A stretch of 64,000 nucleotides of DNA from Candidatus Hydrogenedentota bacterium. GTDB taxonomy: Bacteria; Hydrogenedentota; Hydrogenedentia; Hydrogenedentales; SLHB01. Location: NCBI GenBank assembly GCA_963745075.1, contig CAVUWV010000028.1, positions 96,001-160,000 on the forward strand. Reading direction: 5' to 3'. A model generated the notes under the pieces. That model did not search any database, had not been told where the DNA came from, and saw nothing but the letters and a program-made list of their open reading frames with translations. Positions 1 to 9,419 of the stretch are shown here, one piece after another. Within the stretch, counting starts at the first letter, position 1. The number at the start of each line of letters is the position of its first letter. A program made the position numbers and the translations under genes.

Positions 1-1735
1 CGCGCCGTCCTACGACCCCGAGGCGCGCGCGTTGCGGGCCGATGGGTCGCCGTCGCCCGGATGGTATAACGCAGGGACCGGCGTGCAGGCCTTTGGCATC
101 AAGTGTACGCGGGAACTGGGTTTTGCGAAGGAAAACTCGCCCATCATTCACGAGCGATTCGGCACCAACGCGGCCTATCTCGACGTGCACACCTGCGTGC
201 CGCCCTGGCATCAACTCGATCACGACGCAGCGCAGCCCATGGCCGCAATGATCATGTTGAAGGTGCAGAAGGAAAGGGACTTGTTCCAGTACGAACGCGA
301 CACGCACGGGGGACCGCTGTTCGGCGAGGGGAACAACCACTTCTATTGGGCGGGCCTGGTTGATGGTACAGAAGCGCAGGTGTCCGGTGGCGAAGATCAT
401 GTGCCGTTCCTGGATTTTGACCTATTAAAACTTCATCCGCAGATGGTGAACCATGGAATGGGGTATTACGAGCGCTGGTTCCGTCGCGGCTACGACCATC
501 AGTGGGGATACGACACGGGCACCGTGGAGCAGATCGACAAGTACCGCGCTCAGGAAATCGCGTACGGCCACGCGGGGTTCATCGGCGCGGCGCAGACGGA
601 CAACATCCAGTGGGTGGCGAAAGAGCATCACATGATGCATCCGATTCAGCGGCTGGCCAACACCGCGAACCCCGTTAGTATTCTGTACGAAGTCGATGGT
701 CAGTTGGCGCCGGCCAGTGTCGCGTTCGTCGCGGATCAACGGATGCGACAGCGGATAGAATACGACTCGGGGCTGACGGTCTGGGTGAACTGGGCCGAGG
801 AACCCTGGCAGGTGGAAGGGCGTGTTCTGCCGCAGTGGGGTTTCGTAGCGTTGGGTCCCGACACGGACGTGGAAACGACGCTACGCGACGGCAGTATTGC
901 GGACTACGCGGAGTGCCCCGAATTTGTGTTCTGCGACGCGCGGACCTCGTTCAACATGCCCTACCTGAACCGGACGAAAGACATCGAACCGAAGCTGAGT
1001 TCCTTTGAATGGCTGGGGGACAACAAGATTCGCGTAAGCTACGAGTGGGATGTGAACGACACCTTGGACCAGGACTACCAGTGCTTTGTGCACTTTACGA
1101 CGCCGCTGATCAGTACGGCGGACTCGATTGCGTTTCAAGGGGACCACGGGTTGCCCAAACCCACAAGCCAGTGGAAACGCGGTGACCGTATCGTGGATGG
1201 ACCGTACGAGGTCGCCATCCCCAATGAGCCAATCGGCGAGTACAACATCACCATCGGGCTCTTCAAAGATAGACGTGTGCCCTTGAAAGGGGTCACCACG
1301 AGTCGCGACCGCATCCTCATCGGGAAACTCCTCCTGGAACGGGACGGGGATCGGATTACCAACGTCCGGCTCGGCGATATATCGGAAGAAACCGAGGACC
1401 CTGCGGTGAAGAAGGCGGACTTCGACGCGCACATGAACGCGGAGGGTACCTGGATTGACTTCGGACCGATCGCGACCGAGGGATCGGTGAAGGTGAACAA
1501 GGGCAACCGCGAACTCGTGGTATTCCCCTATCCGCGCGAAAAGGCTTTTGCGGTGGCAATCGACCTCGCAGGGTTGTCCGCCGATGCACCGGAAGCATTG
1601 AAGGGCGTTCGCGTGACGGCCCTGGCGGCGCGCACGCAGGAGGAGTTGGGCAGCATACCGTATGACGTGCGAGACGGGCGCATCGTGTTTACGGTGGGCA
1701 TGCGGGGTGCAGGACGGTATCGGATTCATTGGTAA
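1..1735 (+). CDS. 5'-truncated large putative glycoside hydrolase-like protein (DUF5696/GH101-GH129-like barrel plus C-terminal beta domains)
   Basis: Frame is open from base 2 (APSYDPEARALR...). YLDVHT and LFGEG acidic motifs. Ends 6 bp before a GH29 gene. Family assignment is by motif recall only. Confidence 0.55.
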   Translation, partial: APSYDPEARALRADGSPSPGWYNAGTGVQAFGIKCTRELGFAKENSPIIHERFGTNAAYLDVHTCVPPWHQLDHDAAQPMAAMIMLKVQKERDLFQYERDTHGGPLFGEGNNHFYWAGLVDGTEAQVSGGEDHVPFLDFDLLKLHPQMVNHGMGYYERWFRRGYDHQWGYDTGTVEQIDKYRAQEIAYGHAGFIGAAQTDNIQWVAKEHHMMHPIQRLANTANPVSILYEVDGQLAPASVAFVADQRMRQRIEYDSGLTVWVNWAEEPWQVEGRVLPQWGFVALGPDTDVETTLRDGSIADYAECPEFVFCDARTSFNMPYLNRTKDIEPKLSSFEWLGDNKIRVSYEWDVNDTLDQDYQCFVHFTTPLISTADSIAFQGDHGLPKPTSQWKRGDRIVDGPYEVAIPNEPIGEYNITIGLFKDRRVPLKGVTTSRDRILIGKLLLERDGDRITNVRLGDISEETEDPAVKKADFDAHMNAEGTWIDFGPIATEGSVKVNKGNRELVVFPYPREKAFAVAIDLAGLSADAPEALKGVRVTALAARTQEELGSIPYDVRDGRIVFTVGMRGAGRYRIHW

Positions 1736-1741
1736 CCGGAA

Positions 1742-3454
1742 ATGAGGAAAAGTTCTTTGAAGACCATTCTTTTCACGCATGTGATTGCGACATTTACATT
1801 GGTTGGCCTGTTCCCCATGCTCGTCCAAGCGGATGAACCCAAACGAGGTGTGCCCTCACCTGCACAGATTGCCTGGCATCAGATGGAGATCGAGATGTTC
1901 CTCGCGCTCGATCCCTGCACGTGGCAGGGGCGCGAGTATGACGATCACTCGACGCCGTTGTCGGAAATCAACCCATCGAAACTCGACACCGATCAGTGGT
2001 GCGAGGTCGCGCAGTCCTTTGGGGCGAAGCAGATCCTTTTTGTGGCCAAGCACACCGGCGGATTCTGCTGGTGGCAGACGGATACCTCTGACTACAGCAT
2101 CAAGAACACGCCCTATAAGGACGGCAAGGGCGACGTGTTGGCCGAATTGTCGGAAAGCTGCCGGAAGTATGGGTTGAAACTGGGGGTCTACATCTATCCC
2201 GGCGACGACCAGTGGGGAGCCGGAATCGGAAGCGGCGGTAAAACCAAGGACCCTGCGAAACAGGAAGCCTATAACCAGGTGTTGCGGCAACAGTGGACGG
2301 AAGTGCTGACGAAATACGGCGACGTGTCCGAGGTCTGGTTCGATGGAAGTTGCGTGATCGAAGTCGGCGACATTCTCGAACGGTATGCGCCGAACGCGAT
2401 GGTGTTTCAAGGTCCCCACGCCACGCTGCGCTGGCCGGGAAACGAGAAGGGCATCGCGCCCTATCCCACCTGGCAGACCGTGAAGCGTGCGGATGCGATG
2501 ACCGGAGTGTCGACGGGACTCCACAGCGATCCGGACGGGGACGTTTGGCTGCCGATGGAGATGGATACGCCGCTCCTGGATCATAAGTGGTTCTGGGCGC
2601 CGGACACCGATCCCATGATGAAGCCGGTGGACCAGTTGATGGACATTTACTACCAATCCGTAGGCCGGGGGTGCGTATTGCTTCTAAACGCCACGCCGGA
2701 TACGACCGGCCTCATTCCCGAATCACACGTCAAGCGATACGCTGAATTCGGTGCCGCTATCCAACGGATCTACGAGCACAAGCAGGGGGAAACATCCGGG
2801 ACGCGCGATACGCTCGAATTACAGTTTGAATCCCCCACACCTGTGAATCATGTCGTCACGATGGAGGACATTCGGTATGGGCAGATTATTCGGGCCTATA
2901 CGCTCGAAGGGCGCTTCGATGGCGCGTGGAAGGTGCTGAATGAGGGAACTTCCGTCGGATACAAACGGATCGATGTTTTTGATACGGCTGTGGTGGATGC
3001 GCTCCGGCTTCATGTTACGAACGCGGTGGACGAGCCGAACATCGTCTCCTTTGCCGCGTACTGTGTGCCGGGAATGAATCGTGATAGCGCCGTCGTAGTA
3101 GACGATAGCACGTGGCAAGACATCGCGGGATGGAATGACATCGCGTTGACCGAGTCGTGGCAGACGGTCGACTTGGATCTGACGCAATACATATCCCGTC
3201 CCGGCCAGTATGAGGTTGCCCTGCGGAAGTCAGGGGGATCGTCTGATCTCGAAACGCGAAATGCGGTCATTGCGATTGCGGGCACGGATGCACCGCGACT
3301 GCTCAGGTCTCTCGATCGATCCAATGCGTGGGTCATCACTCGGTCGGATCAGGTGACTCCCGGCGCACAAGGGAGAACATCCCTACGGCTTGACGTGCGT
3401 ACCTTCGGCGGCACCGACTGGCACGGCGGGTTGTTCATTCGGGCAAGCAATTAA
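1742..3454 (+). CDS. Alpha-L-fucosidase (GH29), secreted, with C-terminal beta-sandwich domains
   Basis: Signal peptide; PSPAQIAWHQME, VAKHTGGFCWW, VWFDG nucleophile, SVGRGCVLLLNATP motifs. Confidence 0.9.
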   Translation: MRKSSLKTILFTHVIATFTLVGLFPMLVQADEPKRGVPSPAQIAWHQMEIEMFLALDPCTWQGREYDDHSTPLSEINPSKLDTDQWCEVAQSFGAKQILFVAKHTGGFCWWQTDTSDYSIKNTPYKDGKGDVLAELSESCRKYGLKLGVYIYPGDDQWGAGIGSGGKTKDPAKQEAYNQVLRQQWTEVLTKYGDVSEVWFDGSCVIEVGDILERYAPNAMVFQGPHATLRWPGNEKGIAPYPTWQTVKRADAMTGVSTGLHSDPDGDVWLPMEMDTPLLDHKWFWAPDTDPMMKPVDQLMDIYYQSVGRGCVLLLNATPDTTGLIPESHVKRYAEFGAAIQRIYEHKQGETSGTRDTLELQFESPTPVNHVVTMEDIRYGQIIRAYTLEGRFDGAWKVLNEGTSVGYKRIDVFDTAVVDALRLHVTNAVDEPNIVSFAAYCVPGMNRDSAVVVDDSTWQDIAGWNDIALTESWQTVDLDLTQYISRPGQYEVALRKSGGSSDLETRNAVIAIAGTDAPRLLRSLDRSNAWVITRSDQVTPGAQGRTSLRLDVRTFGGTDWHGGLFIRASN

Positions 3455-3619
3455 CGGGCATCGACGCCTCGGCGCGATAAGTGCCTGAAACGCACGCGGA
3501 TCGCCGCCTCTTGCAAGATGCATCATCGGCACAACTTATGGCACACGCGCGCGATTCCCCTCGCTTTCCCCTCTCGCCGGTGATAGAATATACGTAATCC
3601 TGGTGGGGGATCAGGTGCA

Positions 3620-5722
3620 GTGAATACGCGAAAGCTCCATATAATCTACATCCTGCCGTCGCGGTACGACGATGACGGCTACGTACGCCGCTACTGGCGC
3701 GGCGTGTTGCCGTCGAATACCCTCGCCTGTCTGAAAAGTCTCACCCTCGACCTCGCGCGTTCCGGTGAATTGGGTCCGGACGTGGATGTGTCGGTCGAAA
3801 TCTACGACGAGACCGTGCAGCGGTTACCGCTTCGCCGGATCGTGCGTCGCCATCGTCGCGGTAAGGAGCAGGTCCTCGTTGGCTTTGCGGGCGTGCAGAG
3901 CAACCAGTTTCCGCGGGCGCGGGATATCGCGATCCAGCTTCGTGCGGAAGGCATACCGGTGATGATCGGCGGGTTCCACGTGAGCGGCATCTTGTCCATG
4001 TTCGACGAGCCTTCTCCCGAGTTGCAAGACGTCATGGACCGGGGCGTCACGCTCGTGCGGGGTGAAGCCGAGTCGCCGGGTGCGCTGGCGGGAATATTGC
4101 GCGACGCACTCAACGGCGAACTGAAACCGTTGTATGAAATCGTCCCGCCGCCGGACATCCGCGACGCCGCCGTGCCGCAGCCGGACAGCGACTACCTGCG
4201 GCGTTTCGTGTTTAAGAACATGGGCACGGTCGACACGAGCCGGGGCTGTCTGTTCAATTGTTCCTTCTGCACGATCATCAATGTGCAGGGGCGCACGATG
4301 CGCCATCGTTCCGCCGAAGCGATCCTGCGCAGCATCGAATCCAACTACGATCGCGGGATTAACATTTACTTCTTCACCGACGACAATCTTGCCCGCAGTC
4401 CAGTCTGGGAAGACGTGTTCGCGGGTCTTGCTCGCATGCGCGAGGCGGGGCGGCCGGTCCGGTTCATGATGCAGGTGGACACGCAAGCCTGGAAGATCCC
4501 CGGGTTCCTGGAACAGGCCAAAGCCGCGGGATGCTACCTCGTGTTCGTTGGGATGGAATCCATCAACCCCGCGAACCTCGCCGCCGTGGGCAAGCGACAG
4601 AACAAGGTGGGCGAATTCGGCGAGATGGTGGCGACGTGGCATGCGGCGGGAATCCTCGTGCATGTCGGCTACATTATCGGGTTCCCCTACGACACGGTGG
4701 AATCCGTGCGGCGCGACATCACCGTATTGAAGGACGAGATCAAAGTGGATGAGGCGTCGTTCTTTATGCTGACGCCGCTGCCGGGTTCGCGGGACCACCA
4801 TGACATGGTGGTTAACCACGTGCCGATCGACGCCGACCTCAACAATTTTGACAGCTTCCACGAGACGTTCCGGCACGGCAAACTCGCGCCGGGCGGTTGG
4901 TACGCCCTGTACCGCGAAGCCTGGGACGCGTTCTATGGCAAGGAACATCTCGTCGACGTTCTGTTGCGTATCCCGGCCGACAAGTACTGGCAGGTGTTCT
5001 GGTTGTTACTGTGGAATCGGTACGCGTCGCTCCAAGGGAGTCATCCCATGGTGACGGGGTGGGTGCGCCTCAAGGCGCGGAAGGACCGGCGTCCGGAATT
5101 CCCACGGGAGAGCGTGCCACGCTATGCCGTGCGGCGCGTGCAGGAGTGGTTCCAGTTCGGGCAACTGCTCGTGCAACTGTTCTACGAGTTCCAGGAAATC
5201 TGGCTGTTGACCCGGCAACAGGATGACCCACGCTGGAAGACGCTGGCCGAGTTGCGTGCGCGCTGGGCTCTGGCGCGGGCGCGCCTCGGTGAATTTGACG
5301 TGGCCGGACGGCGTGAGGCCGCGGTGGCGGAGTTGCGGGGCGTGTTGCAGAGCGCTTCGGAGCATTTGACCGCGCTCAGCGAACGGCGCAAGACGCTCAG
5401 TCATCGCGCGCGCCGGCGATTACGCAAGAAAGTTCAGGAAATCGATTCGTACATCCGGACCATCGACGTGCCCACGCCGACGTGGCAACAGGTGGTCCAA
5501 GCGGAACGGTACGTGGGCGAAAGCCTGCTTGCCGGATACGAAGAACTCGCCATCCGCTACGTGGCCCAGCGCCGCCGTTTCAACGCCTACCGGAGCGAGT
5601 GCTGGCAGCGGATTAAGTCCGGCCGGATCTTGACGCTGAACCTCTCCCCTATTCCGCGGCTGTTGTTGTTCGAGTTGTTCGTGGGACTGCGGTTCGGCGT
5701 GACCTTCCTCGGGCGGTTCTAG
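3620..5722 (+). CDS. B12-binding-type radical SAM protein with long helical C-terminal extension
   Basis: GCLFNCSFC (CxxxCxxC), IGGFHVSG, FFTDDN, VGMES, LTPLPGS; N-terminal PSRYDDDGY. Confidence 0.85.
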   Translation: MNTRKLHIIYILPSRYDDDGYVRRYWRGVLPSNTLACLKSLTLDLARSGELGPDVDVSVEIYDETVQRLPLRRIVRRHRRGKEQVLVGFAGVQSNQFPRARDIAIQLRAEGIPVMIGGFHVSGILSMFDEPSPELQDVMDRGVTLVRGEAESPGALAGILRDALNGELKPLYEIVPPPDIRDAAVPQPDSDYLRRFVFKNMGTVDTSRGCLFNCSFCTIINVQGRTMRHRSAEAILRSIESNYDRGINIYFFTDDNLARSPVWEDVFAGLARMREAGRPVRFMMQVDTQAWKIPGFLEQAKAAGCYLVFVGMESINPANLAAVGKRQNKVGEFGEMVATWHAAGILVHVGYIIGFPYDTVESVRRDITVLKDEIKVDEASFFMLTPLPGSRDHHDMVVNHVPIDADLNNFDSFHETFRHGKLAPGGWYALYREAWDAFYGKEHLVDVLLRIPADKYWQVFWLLLWNRYASLQGSHPMVTGWVRLKARKDRRPEFPRESVPRYAVRRVQEWFQFGQLLVQLFYEFQEIWLLTRQQDDPRWKTLAELRARWALARARLGEFDVAGRREAAVAELRGVLQSASEHLTALSERRKTLSHRARRRLRKKVQEIDSYIRTIDVPTPTWQQVVQAERYVGESLLAGYEELAIRYVAQRRRFNAYRSECWQRIKSGRILTLNLSPIPRLLLFELFVGLRFGVTFLGRF

Positions 5723-5855
5723 CCAAGACGCCACGCTGGTGCGTAGCGCTCTCAGTGGGTGCGTCCGCAGATGGCGCGGATCTACGCAGGTTGGGACAAG
5801 CACTCGCGATTGTCCTCATGTGACGGACTTTCAGTCAGTGGACGACGATCTCTGG

Positions 5856-6824
5856 TTATATGCCACCAAGGATTTGATCATGTACGGCCTTGGGGGGGGT
5901 AACGGAAAACTGCGGAAAGAAGAGTGAACTGGAGAAAACGACAACGCCAAAGAAAAATGCTTTGGCCCGCTGCATCACTGCCAATGAGTCTGCCATAACG
6001 TTCAAATCACCCCGCAATAAAGCAAGCATCGCGGCGAGGTGCGTCGCATGGATTCCTTGCGACGCGGGCTCCGGAAGACCGCTTAGCACAAGTGCTGCCG
6101 TATCGTAGTCCCCGTCGAAGAGGGCCGCTTCGGCCACCTTTAATTTCCGGCGCGCGAAGAAACACCAAAGGAGCAGCAGCGTGCCGATCAAGTACAGCGG
6201 AGCCATGACGGCAATGAGAAGATTCAAGAAGTAGTTTCCCCAATCCCCGACGGCGATGGGGATCAAAATACAAACCGGGATGACCAGGTTTGAGAGAAAC
6301 CTGACGCTTTCGGCGAAAGGTGTGTAGTACGCAAAACGAACCACCGAAGGGCTCGACGCGAAGTCGCTATCTTGGTACCGCCGGATTTGCTCGACAACAG
6401 CGTCGAAAGCCGCGCTCGAACCTTCCCGGTACGCAGCGTGTACCTGCCCGTGTGTTGTGTACGGGGTGAGGTAGAGGTGAACCCACCGCTCGCCGCGCCA
6501 CCACGAGAGAACGCAGGAAACCATGCGCCGCAAACCCGCCTTCACGCCCATCAGGATGAGTGTTCCCGCCACCAACAGGTGCATTACGTAGGACGCATGC
6601 AGGAACCATAGGCTGAGGCCGGAAGCGAGAATTGCGGCCGCGAACCCGATCAGAACGAACGCGCTCGTGAATGTTTCGACCCCGCTACCGCGCAGTTTGA
6701 CCCGGTCCAGCGGTGCGACAATCACTTCGATGCCCCACCACTTGCTGGTGCGGATGCAATACAGCAAACGCCCGCGCACTTCGAGGCGGGTGGTTCGGTC
6801 GCTGTCGATGCGCAGGTCGATCAT
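5856..6824 (-). CDS. Hypothetical membrane protein (about 4 TM plus C-terminal TPR-like helices)
   Basis: 322-aa ORF with two hydrophobic hairpins; same layout as the upstream gene. Confidence 0.6.
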   Translation of the reverse strand: MIDLRIDSDRTTRLEVRGRLLYCIRTSKWWGIEVIVAPLDRVKLRGSGVETFTSAFVLIGFAAAILASGLSLWFLHASYVMHLLVAGTLILMGVKAGLRRMVSCVLSWWRGERWVHLYLTPYTTHGQVHAAYREGSSAAFDAVVEQIRRYQDSDFASSPSVVRFAYYTPFAESVRFLSNLVIPVCILIPIAVGDWGNYFLNLLIAVMAPLYLIGTLLLLWCFFARRKLKVAEAALFDGDYDTAALVLSGLPEPASQGIHATHLAAMLALLRGDLNVMADSLAVMQRAKAFFFGVVVFSSSLFFPQFSVTPPKAVHDQILGGI

Positions 6825-6926
6825 CGAAGAGAACCATTTTTACCGCGAAGGTCGCGAAGAGAACGGGTCGAGTGCACATACACTCCGTCGCGGAGTTCCA
6901 TGTGCGCGTACGGCGTGGGGTTGGCG

Positions 6927-7868
6927 CTAATGGTCGCCATGGCGGCTTTCCCAGAGGTTGTAGTCCATGATGCGGTGGTAGAGTGAAGGCTTATACAGTC
7001 CCGACGTGCGGTATACGATGACAATGTCCTCCGCGCATTCGAGGTCCCCCTGCATGAGCCGGGTAACGGTCATGAGGTAGTTGGCGTAGCGGAGCTTGGG
7101 TTTTGCGTCGAGAATGGATTGGTGGATGTTGGCCGCGCTTTCTGCATCGCCGGCCAGCAAGCACGAATGCGCGCGGTGAAGATCGCCGTTGAAGACCTCG
7201 CTTAGTCTTGGTGATAGCAGGAGTATGATCCCGGAGACTAGGAACGCGGCCAAGGCCCCGTACATCTCGGGATGATTCACGCCGTTCACCGCCAGTCGAT
7301 AGTGCATTGCAATCCCGACCAACAGCGTAAACATCACGGCAAACACGATGGAGACCGACCGTGGTAGGAGGATGTACGTCCGGGCCATCCGCTTCCCATC
7401 TCCTACGTCCGCCTTGAGGGCGGTCAGATGGTCGCAGAACGTCAGGACATCCGGGTTGTTCGCCTGGGTGTCGCTGAAGTACGTTCGGTTTAGGAAATCC
7501 GGCTGTTCGTCGGAAAGAAAGATGCCGAGTTTCCCCCGCCGCCATACCCGACTCAGCAGAATTGCAACCGGGACCGAAACCACGATGATTCCCGCGGTCC
7601 AATCTACTTTGCCCTTGACACTGCCGAACAGCCAGAAGACTATCTCCGGGAAGCACAGCACGCCGATCAGAACGATCGCTGCCAACCATGCGTTGGTGCA
7701 GGGCCGATGCGGAAGGCCGAAGAGTGTGGCGCGACCCACAATCACGTCGCGCACGGGCGCGACGGAAATCTGTGCCAACCACCCCTTCCAGACGCGCACG
7801 TTGATGAAAGCCAGTCCACCGGCGGCCATCCAGCGGTTGGGGCTGAGGTCGAGGCGTTGAACGTCCAT
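6927..7868 (-). CDS. Hypothetical membrane protein (about 4 TM plus TPR-like helices), distant paralog of 5856-6824
   Basis: 313-aa ORF; GAGGA RBS; TM pairs; CLLAGDAESA...YANYLMTVTRLMQGDL. Confidence 0.65.
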   Translation of the reverse strand: MDVQRLDLSPNRWMAAGGLAFINVRVWKGWLAQISVAPVRDVIVGRATLFGLPHRPCTNAWLAAIVLIGVLCFPEIVFWLFGSVKGKVDWTAGIIVVSVPVAILLSRVWRRGKLGIFLSDEQPDFLNRTYFSDTQANNPDVLTFCDHLTALKADVGDGKRMARTYILLPRSVSIVFAVMFTLLVGIAMHYRLAVNGVNHPEMYGALAAFLVSGIILLLSPRLSEVFNGDLHRAHSCLLAGDAESAANIHQSILDAKPKLRYANYLMTVTRLMQGDLECAEDIVIVYRTSGLYKPSLYHRIMDYNLWESRHGDH

Positions 7869-7962
7869 CGTGGGCGGTCCTCATGGGTTGGACTCGCGGC
7901 AATAGGTTTATAGTAAGCCAAGTGCTGGGGAAAGGCAAGTTGATTGCGGAACAAAACTGAAG

Positions 7963-8097
7963 GGTGAAATGGGGCACGGGCGTCTCGCCCGTGGAGGGGA
8001 TGGAATGGGGCGGCGATCAGAGATGGACTATAAATCGGGTAGAAAGTAGGCGACTGAACAGATAATCACGGGCGGGACGCCCGTGCCCCATTTCACC
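7963..8097. repeat. REP-like inverted doublet (31-bp arms)
   Basis: GGTGAAATGGGGCACGGGCGTCTCGCCCGTG at 7963-7993 and its reverse complement (1 mismatch) at 8067-8097; each arm is internally palindromic. Confidence 0.85.
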
Positions 8098-8215
8098 ATT
8101 TCCCGAACCTCCGATTTCATCTCACGCTTGTCCGAATTCCTCGATCGGTCTTCTCTTGATCCATCGGCGGGCAGTCGCCATACTTCGAGGATCCATTTCA
8201 GGAAGGAGAACGGCA

Positions 8216-9226
8216 ATGAAATCGATGATTCGCATGATGTGCGGTGTAGCGGTGTTGATGGCGGCGGGGACGGCGTTGGCGCAGGACCCGGGGCCGTTTA
8301 TCGGGCGGTGGGCCCTGACGATTCCGGGCGGCGGCGCGGGTTGGCTGGGTGTCACGCAGGAAGACGGCTACCTCGACGGGAGCATCCTGTGGGGCGGCGG
8401 CAGTGTGGTCCCGGTGGCGAGCGTGTACGTGGACGGCAACACCCTGTACGTGACGCGGGAGAACAACGTCGAGCGGAAGGACGCGGCGGGCAAGGTGGTA
8501 CGCACGCAGACGTTTACCGAGACCATCACGGCGACGGTGGACGGCGATAGCATTTCCCTGACCCAAAGCAAGCCCAACCAGAACGGGCTGGGCGTGAGCA
8601 CGGCGGACTTCGCAGGGAAACGAATCCCTCCCCTGCCGCCCGCGCCGGATCTGTCGCAGGTGAAGTATGGCGAACCCATTGTCCTGTTCGACGGCACAGA
8701 TCTCGACGGTTGGACGTTGACGAATCCAGATCAGGTGAACGGTTGGAGCGTAAAAGACGGCGTTCTCGTCAACGATCCGGTGCAGCAGGAAGGCAAGCCG
8801 CACATCTCGTACGGCAACCTGCGGACGAAGGACGTGTTCGAGGATTTCAATTTGAAACTCGAAGTCAACGTGCCGAAGAAGGGCAACAGCGGGATCTATC
8901 TGCGCGGTATTTACGAAGTGCAGGTGGAGGACAGCTACGGCGAGGAGCTCGACCCGCATCACATGGGCGGCATCTACAGTCGTTTGACGCCCCTGGTGAC
9001 GGCGGAGAAGCCGGCCGGTGAGTGGCAGACCTATGACATCACGTTGTGCAAGCGGCACGTCACGGTGAAGCTGAACGGCAAGCTGATCCAGGACAATGCG
9101 CCGCTGCTGGGCTGCACGGGCGGCGCGTTGTGGTCGGACGAGTTCAAGCCCGGCCCGATTTATCTCCAGGGCGACCACACGGGCGTGGAGTACCGGAATA
9201 TCGTGCTGACGCCGATTATCGATTAG
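8216..9226 (+). CDS. Secreted DUF1080 (3-keto-glycoside hydrolase/hydratase family) protein
   Basis: AAGGAG RBS before ATG 8216; signal peptide; LFDGTDLDGW, GNSGIYLRGIYEVQV, GPIYLQGDH, YRNI motifs. Confidence 0.9.
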   Translation: MKSMIRMMCGVAVLMAAGTALAQDPGPFIGRWALTIPGGGAGWLGVTQEDGYLDGSILWGGGSVVPVASVYVDGNTLYVTRENNVERKDAAGKVVRTQTFTETITATVDGDSISLTQSKPNQNGLGVSTADFAGKRIPPLPPAPDLSQVKYGEPIVLFDGTDLDGWTLTNPDQVNGWSVKDGVLVNDPVQQEGKPHISYGNLRTKDVFEDFNLKLEVNVPKKGNSGIYLRGIYEVQVEDSYGEELDPHHMGGIYSRLTPLVTAEKPAGEWQTYDITLCKRHVTVKLNGKLIQDNAPLLGCTGGALWSDEFKPGPIYLQGDHTGVEYRNIVLTPIID

Positions 9227-9247
9227 GCAACTTTCGAGAAGAAGAGA

Positions 9248-9336
9248 CCCATGTAGCGCAGGCGTCTCGCCTGCATCTTAGCGCTCGTATTCTGAAAAGC
9301 TCGGAAGATGCAGGCGAGACGCCTGCGCTACATGGG
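9248..9336. repeat. GTAG-type REP inverted doublet (perfect 32-bp arms)
   Basis: CCCATGTAGCGCAGGCGTCTCGCCTGCATCTT at 9248-9279 and exact reverse complement at 9305-9336. Confidence 0.9.
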
Positions 9337-9419
9337 CTTCATGCTATACTGGCTTTGACGCGAAAAACGTCACGGTTATCGGGGGATAGCCGAAGCTTTC
9401 GTCATGGGGGATCGTTTCG

